DNA of 64,000 nucleotides from Bispira polyomma. Lineage: Eukaryota. The notes under the pieces are model-generated. The model was not told the DNA's origin and made no database searches. It saw only the letters and a program-made list of their open reading frames with translations. Positions 13,669-23,870 of the stretch are shown here, piece by piece. The stretch's first letter is position 1. Every line of letters starts with the position of its first letter. Both the position numbers and the translations under genes were made by a program. The DNA is taken from positions 14,198,001 to 14,262,000 of the forward strand of contig OZ287750.1 of the NCBI GenBank assembly GCA_965649765.1, given 5' to 3'.

Positions 13669-13671
<3 letters not shown>

Positions 13672-13810
13672 GTAAATGAGTACACCTGGGTTAGGGGTGT
13701 GGTAAGAGGGTATACACACACAAATAGATTGATACCTGCAGGGTGTATGGTAGTTTATCACCATTGTTGGTGATTGTACCTAAATCATTCACATCAAGCA
13801 ACTTTATTTT

Positions 13811-14250
13811 AATAATAATAATAGTTTATTTCGGACTTATAGTACATAGTCAATACACGTATGACAAACAGACAATAAAATAGACAAAATATTTGCAACA
13901 GCACTGTATATATATATAGAAAATAAGAGGTAACTTTACATGTACAATTCAATTCAAATTTTATCTTCACATAGCTATTTTAATATAACTTTTATTTCAT
14001 AACTTGTAAATCTTGCAGTGTTATTATTCCTTAGATACAGTAAGTCCTTAATATCTATAATATTACATTCATTTCTCTCATTTGTACCATTTTTACAGGT
14101 CTTAAAAATCTGGTTATTGTAAGTCTCAAAAAGTTTATCTTTACCAATATCGACCTTTTTTGACTATTACTATTTATTTAGTAATAGTCGTTAACTCAAT
14201 ACATCTATAGATAACATCGTTTGTGCTAGAAATACAACTCTGAAAAACTT
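13811..14250 (-). mobile_element. 5'-truncated LINE 3' end
   Basis: Minus strand reads ...IIDIKDLLYLRNNNTARFTSYEIKVILK*LCEDKI*, resembling a LINE ORF2 C-terminus, followed by AATAAA and a (TAT)n tail ending near 13811. Confidence 0.5.
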
Positions 14251-14835
14251 TCGGGGGCAGTGTTAAGGCATTGCCCTTGTCAGTCCTCCACGACCTTAAA
14301 TCTATGAGGGTACCAGTCTGTTGTTAACGCAGGTAGAAACTTAAGTCAGTAAATAAACAAACCCCCTGTTGTTAAGTAAAAATGCAGGTAACTAAATCTG
14401 ATTGGTTGAAACGTAAAGGATAGGGACTTATTAAGTAAACAAGCTCAGTTTGAATTTAGCCACAGACAAGTGTGGCAGGAACTTTTCTGATTTCTTCTGT
14501 GATTTCTTGCTGATTTTATTTTACATGATTTTACAAACAGTTATTTATATTATGTGTGGATTACATACAAGGACTATTTTAGTGTTTTATGAACATTCAA
14601 CATCGACCGTGTCTTACAGCTTTCCACTCTGACAACCTCAGGCTTGAATAGCCCTCGGGCTGGGTATAAAGGGACGAAATTACTACTAATTCATGCACAG
14701 TTTATTACATTTCATTCCCGAGTTTTAGTCAGGTACTGGAGTGGTCAGATCGGAGGGCTGTGTGTCTTATTCTTGTTTTCAGTGACTATATGCAAAAAAA
14801 AAAAAATTGCAAATAAAACTTTAACAGACTAAAAA

Positions 14836-15963
14836 ATGCCTCAATCAAAGTTGCTGTGTAAGAAGTGTGGACATAGACATGTTCCCCCGACGGGAAAAAA
14901 ATGTAATTATGAAAAACATTTAGAAACTGACACTGAATTAGTGGCAGTGGAAGTTTGTGCAGTGAAGGACACTTCTAGTAATAAGCACGGGCGGCACACT
15001 CAGGCAGGGAAGAAGCTGACGGCAGAGACAGATGATGGCAACCAGGATATCCAGAAGCTCATTCTACAACAACTCCAGAGAGTAAACTTGAGGCTGGATG
15101 CAGTGGAAGACCAAGTGGCTGATTCCAGGACCAGACGCACAAAGGATAGGACAATTGGAAAGTTAAGTAGAACTGTATTAAGTCAGAATAATAATAAGTC
15201 AAGTACAAGTGAAAAGACCTCAGATTCAGATTCCTCAGACGAGGAGCAGGTCTTGCCAAATCTTTCGACTCTGAGAAGTTCCTCTTCATTTCAGCGTCGT
15301 GTTAACGATAGATTAAGAGAATTGAAAAAGGGTAGTCAGAGTGCAGGTACTGACACGTCAAGTAAAGTAAAATCAAAAAGGGGGGGGGGGCAATTGACGT
15401 TGTGGTCAAAAATAAAGTATCTTGGCCCCAAGAGGCAATTTTTAGTGGGGGTCACCAGAAACAGGTTGTCTTATGACCAATTGTCGTTAACTCAATGGGT
15501 TCAGGGTTTCTGCAAAAATATTATGGAAGAGGCAGACAGTGATAAAAAAGATAGAATGATAATGTACATGTCAGATCTCATGGAGGATGCAACCGATTTC
15601 ACATGGCAAGGGGCTAAAGCAGCTCATGCTGTATTGTTGTGTGAAATGGAACGGGGCACCCTCACATGGGAGGACAGTACTAGGATTGATCGCATTCGAA
15701 GAGCTCATGCTCAGAAGCATACAAATAATCATTTTGGCAGTGGGAAAAATTGGGAAAGAAAACAAGACGTTAGCAACAAAAAGCCTTGGTTTTGCAAATT
15801 TTTTCAAATTGGGACATGTTAGCATGCAAAAGACCACGAAATTGGTGGCAAATTACATAGACACATTTGTGCACACTGTCTGGCTACAGGTAGGACATTG
15901 TCTCATCCTGAGAAAGAGTGTTTGTTCGCCAAGAAAAATGGTCAGCAGGCAAAAAACGATTAA
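14836..15963 (+). pseudogene. YR retroelement 1 gag-like ORF
   Basis: N-terminal CKKCGHRH...C and C-terminal CKFFQIGTC*HAKDH...HICAHC...HPEKEC Cys/His motifs. One in-frame TAG at 15820. True stop TAA at 15961-15963. Confidence 0.8.
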
Positions 15964-18395
15964 AGGGCTGTCCTCAGAGTCTTAAACTGGAAGGCAGCTG
16001 GATTAGTGATAAAAATCAGTGTGTGGTTAGCAAGAGTAAGGACACAGCTGAGGGTTTTAGTATAAAGAAAAAAGCAGTAAAGATTGGTGCTGAACATAAA
16101 GGTACAGACGTTGTACGTAATGAGATGTTGTCAAAGATTGATAATTCTGTTGTTTTTAATCAGGCTAGAGAATTGAATAGTCTTAAAGGTTTTGATGCAG
16201 ACGTAAAACATTCTCAGTGCAAAGCAAAGTATAGTGATAAATATTTCTACAGTAGTAAACTGAGAAGACAAGACGTAGACAGTCTATTGGTTCGTTCTTT
16301 AAAAGATGTCTTGTGTACATTCAAGGCTATAAGTTGTGATGTCAAAGCTAAGTCATATGCTAGTGTTATAAAGACTAGACCAAAAAGAAACTGGCCACGA
16401 CAAATGACTGGGACTGAAATTATAGCGCAAAAGGTCACACAGGCCAAGGTCAAGACATGTAATGACAGTGAGAAAACCAATAAACATAAAGACAAAGTTC
16501 AAGCAAATGACGGGGTAAAGCAAACCCCTCCACCTAGGTTGGTAAAACAGGTGGAAAATGACAAGTGTAAAGCAACAAAGGGTAAAACTAAATTACTGTT
16601 TGATGTAAAAGGCTTGGACGATAAATTCATAAATTCCATTCTGTTTAATGACAAACGCAAATCGAGATCCAAACAAATGGACATAGATTGTCAGATTTTC
16701 GAACAGTTTAAAAAACAGACTCAATTTGAATTTGGCTTTATTCCTTTGAGTGATCCCATACTCCCGTACAGTGCACATAGTGTCAATAGTGGTATTGAAT
16801 GTCCAATTAAGCGACACTATGAAGTAAAAAAAAGGGGGGCACCCAACTTTATGGGGGCGCGCATACCTGTGAATTCCCAATTAAACATAGAACAATGGAA
16901 AAAATGTTATTAAGTTATTGGGATAAACAACTTCTCCAGCTACTGGAGTTTGGCTTTCCGTTAGGTTTCAATAGAAAGTGTCAACTGAAAAGTGACGTTG
17001 ATAACCACAAATCGGCTAATGAATTTGCCAAAGACGTTGATGTGTACAGTAACGAAGAAAAAAGTTATGGAGCCTTAATAGGTCCTTTTGAAAAAAATCC
17101 AATTGAGAATGGTCGCCATTCTCCATTCATGACACGTCATAAACCTAATTCCAACAATAGGCGAGTGATAATTGATTTAAGTTGGCCCAAGGGGTACTCT
17201 GTTAATGCGAGAGTTGACAAGGACAGTTACTTGGGGGCTGATTTTAAGTTAAATTTTCCCACTATTGATGATCTGACTAGGGAGCTTGTCAAGTTGGGCA
17301 GAGGTGCACACATCTATAAGCTAGACCCAATGGACTATGACCTACTTGGTTTGACTTGGCAAGGAACCTATATTGACACTTGTCTTCCCTTTGGTAGCCG
17401 TCATGGCAGTCAATTTTTTCAACGCGTTAGCGACGCTGTGCGTTACGTCATGCGTCAATGTGGTTTCAGCATTATAAATTATATAGATGATTTTTTGGGG
17501 TACGAAACGCCCACAGTAGCAAAAAATTCCTTTGAATGTCTTTACGAAATAATGGAAAAGCTAGGAGTGACTATCAGTCAAAAGAAACTGGTAAGCCCAA
17601 GTACACAAGCAGTGTGCCTTGGTATTTTGATAGACACAATAGAAGGTACGGTAGCCATACCTGAGGAAAAATTAACAAAAATTAAATACACGGTTAGCCA
17701 ATGGCAGACAAAAACGTTCTGCACCAAAAGACAGCTACAGTCCCTATTAGGACAGTTATTGTACATTCACAAATGTGTCAAGCCAGCAAGGTGCTTCCTT
17801 AATAGAATGTTAGAATTACTCAGAAGCGTTGTGAATCCAAATAAAATCGAATTGACAGAAGACTTTAAGCGTGATTTAAGATGGTTCCAAAAATTTCTTC
17901 CTGAATACAATGGAATATCCATGTTTGGTTACAAAAGGACGGATCACACATTGGAACTAGACGCTTGCTTACAGGGTCTGGGGGGTAGATGGAAGAATCT
18001 AGTATATCACCTCCATATTCCTCGTAATTTTCAAAACCTGGAAATTGTACATTTGGAAATGATAAATATTCTTGTGGCCTTGAAATTATACGTATTGGCA
18101 GGGTAAAAAAGTATTGATAAAATGTGACAATCAAGCGGTAGTTCATGTCCTTAACTCAGGTAGGGCAAGAGACCCTTACTTAGCAGCCTGCGCCCGAAAT
18201 GTGTGGTATTTGGCAGCCACTTCAGACATTGACTTACAATACGTCCATGTACTAGGTAGAAATAATAGGGCAGCAGACTTATTATCTAGGTGGACAAATT
18301 CTGTGAACAATAAAGAAGAACTCGAGACACTGGTGCCCAGTCCAGTTTGGCTAGAGACATCAATAGAGTTAACACAAATAGACAGTATGTTATAA
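15951..18395 (+). pseudogene. YR retroelement 1 pol (N-terminal extension, reverse transcriptase, RNase H), frameshifted
   Basis: RRVIIDLS, CLPFG, YIDD, LGILID (RT). LELDAC, HLEM, IKCDNQAVV, NRAADLLSR (RNase H). Frame breaks near 16900 and 18100. Confidence 0.9.
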
Positions 18396-18463
18396 TTTAT
18401 GTAAAAGGTGTAATAAGTTAGGTATAGATTAAGTAACAATGGATACTATGCTTTGTTTTGTAG

Positions 18464-19461
18464 GACCTGAAACGTTGAAAGTGCTACAGTCAGGAGCTAA
18501 CAACAGGCTTCACATGGCATTCAGGCCCAAGCCAAGGAAATGTTATCAAATCCTGTTCAGGACATTCATTGCTTTTTGTTTGTGTACTGGGCTTCTGTTA
18601 GAAGCTCTTGAAGTAAAAAGTATTATGTCTTTTCTGGAATATCTGGTAATAAATAAAGTTTCTGTCCATATGATAGCAAATTATGTGTCGGCTTTGAAGG
18701 CAATGAGTGTAGTGTATGATTTGCCATTTCAACTGTTTGATCACCCTAAAATAAAGTATTTTATAAAATCTCTCAAAATCAATAGAGCGCATGTAATTGT
18801 AAAAAGAAATGTATTGGATGTTGATACACTGGAGCAGTTAATAAGGCACTGTGCGCACATTAGCAACTCATAGGTATTCAAGGCTATATTCCTTACAGGT
18901 TTCTTTGGGTTTTTCAGGCTGTCGAATCTGGCACCACATTCTGTGAAAGAGTTTGACTCTTCACGTCATTTCACAGGTGGGGATGTGTTTTTTCAAAAAG
19001 ACACTGTAAAACTGCTGCTAAAGTGGTCTAAAACATTACAGAATCGAGACAAAATTCAAATAGTGACTCTTCCTAGGTTAAGAAAATCATTGCTATGCCC
19101 CTTTAGGGCCTTAAAAAACCTCTTTAAGCTATATAGCCCAGGAAAGAATGAGCCTTTGTTTCAATATTGTACAGTGACTGGTAGGCAGGTGGTTACAGAC
19201 TCAAGGGTAAGGAAAATTCTGGCAAGACGTAATGAAAAATTGGGCTGTCCCTCAAATTTCTATACTTTTTATTCTTTCCAACGTTCAGGTGCCACGCTAG
19301 CTTATCAAGCACAGGTCCCAATACAACACATTAAAGAGCATGGCACCTGGGCGTCAGACTGTGCGTGGACTTATATTCAAGCAAATTCAAATAGTACAGA
19401 GGTGGCCACCACCTTTCAGAAATTGTCAGGTAATGCTTCTACCCCTACTAGTTGGGCTTGA
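18464..19461 (+). pseudogene. YR retroelement 1 tyrosine recombinase
   Basis: GFFGFFRLSNL (catalytic R), LKWSKT (K), YSFQRSGAT (degenerate HxxR), HGTWASD..WTY (H/W and Y). In-frame stop at 18871. Preceded by acceptor TTTGTTTTGTAG. Confidence 0.88.
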
Positions 19462-20343
19462 GGCTTTCTTTGCGTATAATAATTTTAAATTATAAACCAT
19501 TGTAAAAGTTGAGGTCAACTGAATATAAGAATATTGGCTTTTTAAATTCACAAGTAGGTAGACTTAAACTGGGACAGTTTAAGTTTACTCTGGTGACCAC
19601 TTAAGTTAGGCTCACCCTAAACTTATTTGTTCAGGTGTTCACGTTGAAGTTAAGAGCACCTTAAATTCAGAACTCGAAATTATCTTTAAGTTAAAACTTA
19701 AAGTCAACACTAAGTTTAACCATAAACTGAAACTGGAAAGTAAACACGTGACCTCAGCTTAAGTATTGAATGTTGTAATATTTTATTATTGTATACCTTA
19801 TAAAGAATTGTACATAGCTAGTAGTTTAGAATCTATATATTTTACACAATTTTACATACATATTTTATAAAATAAAAAATATATACACCCTCATAGATTG
19901 TTATTCTTGACTTGGAAGTGGTAGGGACTGCAATAATAGATGTTGTAACATAGTAATTTTAGATATAAATTCACATTTAAAGTGTGATGAATGAGAGATC
20001 TACTAGATTAAAAGTGTTCACTGAAAAACAATCATTAGTTCTTAGTCTTACCAGTCTTATTTTCAATTGTTTTAAAGACTACAGGGTTATGGCAAATCAA
20101 CAATTTCATGATAACCATAAGTAAACACTTATTTAGAATCATATGATAGTTAATATGACTCAAGAAAAATGTAAGTATAGTATCAAAGTGTCAGCAAATA
20201 TTATGACTTCTGCGTTACATGGACAACTGTAGGTTTAGAAAGAATGCTAAAAGTAGGGTAAGTTTGAGATAGGGTCCCCCGTACTACTTTTTTAGCACCT
20301 CTTCATTCTGTCATAGTGTGACTTTGATCAAATTGTATGCAAG

Positions 20344-20830
20344 GCGCATAACGTACATGGTTTGCTGTATGGTATTCCCTTGAAAGCTCTTAGTGTGGAA
20401 CAGTATTAACAGGTAATCTTCATATACAACATTAGCCACATCAGTAAACATTACTATTAATATATAAACATATTCCACATGTGTCATGAATCCAGTTTAA
20501 ACTTTCTAGCTTGGTTCATATACTACAGACGGGTTGATATTCTAAATAATGTATATAAATAATCAATAAATGCAGCTAGAAATCCTGTATACTTTTTCTA
20601 GTAATGTATAACAACTGATTAATTGGTGTTCTGGACTTGTATTCACAATAATACTTTACACTTAAAATGTTTGTATTAAGGAAACTATTTAAAGCAATCT
20701 GATTGGTTGAAGCTAAGAAAATGACGGTGTTCCAGTGATTATATTATGTGTTATCTGCTTAGATTTAGCATTAGTTATTTATCTTCTGAACTTATATTGT
20801 ACATCAAATAATTGTATCTTGCTTCACTTT
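20344..20830 (+). pseudogene. GRL gene-A-type pseudogene remnant (orphan exon 2 plus intron 2 homology)
   Basis: 20344-20412 reads AHNVHGLLYGIPLKALSVEQY*Q|GTAATC, a copy of gene A exon 2 with a CAA>TAA stop and a deleted polypyrimidine tract. The following ~400 bp resemble gene A intron 2 (2060-2400). No exon 1, 3 or 4 was seen. Confidence 0.85.
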
Positions 20831-21109
20831 AATTGTTTAATAAACATTATTAATGATCCTAATACACAGCTAACTGGTTGTCATAAGAAGCCAAGGGTTG
20901 GTACTCTCTACTACATCTTTTCTGCACTAATTTGTTTTTTTCCTATTATAGTCAAATAGAAGGTGAGCTGTTGTCACCACTAAATGTTTTATTATTTTAA
21001 TAAGTCTTTTAATTTGTTGGGATTTGATTTTTGTAGTGGAGGCTGTTTATGACTTTCCTTCAAATGTAAGGCAACAACCAAATTTGTAATTTTGAATGTT
21101 CCCTGCTCT

Positions 21110-22346
21110 TGTAGCGTGCCTGAGGTGCAATTGGAGCTTATAGGGCAAACTAGTTGTATAGAAAGGCTATTCTATATAACAAACATTTATTTACATAATA
21201 ATATATATACATATATAGCAATGTTTTACCAGCAGTACTGGGGCTAAAGTGGTAAGCAAAGCACAATATAGGTATAGAATAGTAGTATAAATCGAATCCC
21301 TATTAATGAAACAAATAGACCATACAGTATGAAATTTATACATACACCACACTACAGAGGGAACTTACTGCCTGTCAGGCGCTTGGACCTCGAATCATAC
21401 TCTATCCTAGACAAGGACTGGTTCCATACTATACCAAATACTAAACACCACAGGATCAGATCCTCATGAAATGTAACCGACCTGAAGACCAACCTAAACT
21501 ATAAGTATTTATCCATACAAATAAGGTCTCAGTCTAAATACCATCTGACCAGGTTTCACGCTGCCTCAGAATAAATAACCAGGTCTCTCACTACAAATAA
21601 AGAAGTCAATTATATCTACATTACATTAACACAAAACCTCCATTTCTGAAATAAACGATTCACAATTATAACTCAATCATTCTCTTCCATACTTCAGGTT
21701 CTACCCTGAAATAAAGAAAATAGACGGGCTTTATCCTAAAAATTAAACCTCAGGTTTGACCCTGAAATAAAAGACCAAAAATATTATACCATATTAAACT
21801 AAACTTCAACAACATTAAAGTATTTCTTCAGGTTTCACCCTGAAAGAAATCTTAACTAACAATATAGTAAATTAATTAATCATTCTAGAAGTATCTCTTC
21901 AGGTTTTACCCTGAGAGAAATATTAACTATCTAAACTACAAAATATACAAGGTCTTACCCTGACATTTTCTATCTGAAGTGGCTGTTGATTTCCCTTGTA
22001 CCAATTCAGCAAAGAATGAGGGTTTCACCCCCTTATATACTGAATGCCCAGACAGAGGAAAACTTCTCAAACTATGTCACACCCATGTTTGACCCAAGGC
22101 ACCTGATTGATTTAAAATTTAGTATTCCCCAGATTTTGGAGAGACAACTTCCTTTACCGCGTGATGTGAAGTACTAAATACAAACACCCAAAAACCTTCA
22201 TTTCCAAGCTACAGTGACCAAAAATGATGTTATAAAGGTATGTAACTAACAATTATAACTCTTTTACAGTAATACCAAGTCAAAATATTACCAAATAAAC
22301 AAATAGATAAAATATCGTAACAGCGACGATATCGTTATGCGCTTCA
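21110..22346 (-). repeat. 3' LTR (1237 bp) of the Gypsy element
   Basis: TGTAGCG...CGCTTCA. Adjacent PPT-like GGGTTGAGGAGTAA on the minus strand. Internal CAGGTTTNACCCTGAAA repeats. Matches 28378-29089. Confidence 0.9.
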
Positions 22347-22994
22347 TTACTCCTCAACCCACCAAAAAATAGCTCGTCCCGAGCTAGAATTCCTGGGAAA
22401 ATAAAAATAACCTACACATATTAACGAAAATACAATACAATTACAGTAAATGCAACATCAGTAGGCTACAGACCAAAATAACTTCCATAACCTAGATTCA
22501 TCATATGTTGCAAATGTTAAATGCAAATATTATTATACAAAGAACAGTGTGTACATAGATAGATAGATAGAATTTTTTATTATACTGACATTATGTTGTA
22601 CAGCATTAATATAATATCAGATATATAAAATAACAGTATGCTAGATCTGACTTCCGAGTATCTTTAACCCGTTAGGCCTTTGCCGTGGTTTCAAGAACCA
22701 AGAAGACATTTGTAACGTACAATTATTATTTGAAAGTTAAGGAAATTTATATATCCAATACAATTCAAAAAAATGTTATAGCAAAATTTTGAAAAAGTTA
22801 TTCTTGACAATTTTAATCACCAAATTTTAGCACAAATTTTATTTTCAGTTATTCTATCTTTTATGCTTTCTTAATAGTCATTGACAGATTTAAACACTAT
22901 TAGAAACAGTTATAACTATATTTAAACTTATGTTCATACACAAAGTTTATGTCAGTCTTGGGTTTCTTAAAAGCTGCTCTTCAGACAAGCCCTT

Positions 22995-23661
22995 TCAAAA
23001 CAGAGGGGCTGGAAAATTAATGTCTATGTTTTTTAACTTCCATGGGCGTACATTGGAGGTTCGTATCCTGGCATCAATTACTGGCAGATCTGGTTGCTCA
23101 TCAAACAACAAGACGAAGCCCTCCTCCGGTTCACGTCTCAAGTCATCCTTCTCCTCCATGGGTGTGTAGGCTGTGACAAAATCCCGCCTGTTCAATCTAA
23201 GGGGATTGAAGTTATCCAAGACAGGTCAAAGTCTCGTGGCAGTACATAACCACCCAATCACAGGCACCAGGGGTATCACAGGTACCAATGGCGTACCAGG
23301 AACATCGACATCTAGAATCATCGCAGTCTCCGGGAGAACATCATGAACTTCGGTGCTCGGCTACACCATGGGGACCACAACCGGAACAACATCTGAAACA
23401 GCCACAGGGACATCTCTGGACTCCTCAGTGTCTGCCCCCTCTTCCTCTTAGGGATAGGTTCCCCTACATCAAATTGATAATGCACAGCCAGTACATGCTT
23501 ATCAAAAGCCTCCCAATCAAATCGAAACCAAAGTTGCAATCTAAATGGGGACAGCCTACTTATCACCATGTACCCCTTCTCTATAGACTTTAGCTTGTTC
23601 CACACCACTAATCTTGAAACCACACTTGTCACAGTTATTGGGGTACTTTACACTTTGGAAA
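22995..23661 (-). pseudogene. Degenerate extra ORF of the Gypsy element (C2H2-like and Cys-rich)
   Basis: After acceptor TTTAATTATCTTCTTTCAG, pieces in shifting frames read CDKCGFKISGVEQAKVYREGVH, CPHLDCNFGF / DWEAFDKHVLAVH and RCPCGCFRCCSGCGPH...CDDSRCRC...CDTPGACDW. Confidence 0.55.
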
Positions 23662-23870
23662 CTGAAAGAAGATAATTAAATATCTCAAATTATCTATTTA
23701 TGGTACCCTTAAAATTAACCTAATGTAAGAAAGCAAGGTTTCACCCCAGCAAGCTTAAATATTATTACTATCTTATATTGTCTACTACTGGTCTTCCTAG
23801 TCCTAACTAATAATCTTTTGAATATTCTGGCAGCTTAGTTTTTCTGCCTGTCCTGGTAGTTTGCTTTGGC

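Larger units (their letters stand above)
14255..19932 (+). mobile_element. Tyrosine-recombinase retrotransposon (DIRS/Ngaro-like) copy 1, near full length, decayed
   Basis: gag-like ORF, RT (YIDD), RNase H and tyrosine recombinase in order; no protease or DDE integrase. Short inverted terminal matches AATCTATGAGGGT 14299-14311 / ACCCTCATAGATT 19887-19899 and CAGTCC / GGACTG. The minisatellite resumes right after 19932. Left boundary approximate. Confidence 0.9.

Noticed and set aside
16880-16915. Second programmed frameshift within pol of YR copy 1
   Set aside because: The homologous region is continuous in copy 2 (WEKYLKKYNYWDSQL), so this is a decay indel in an A-run.
18439-19461. Phage integrase / bacterial contamination or horizontal transfer
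   Set aside because: The YR is embedded in a gag-RT-RNase H retroelement within intron-containing eukaryotic DNA.
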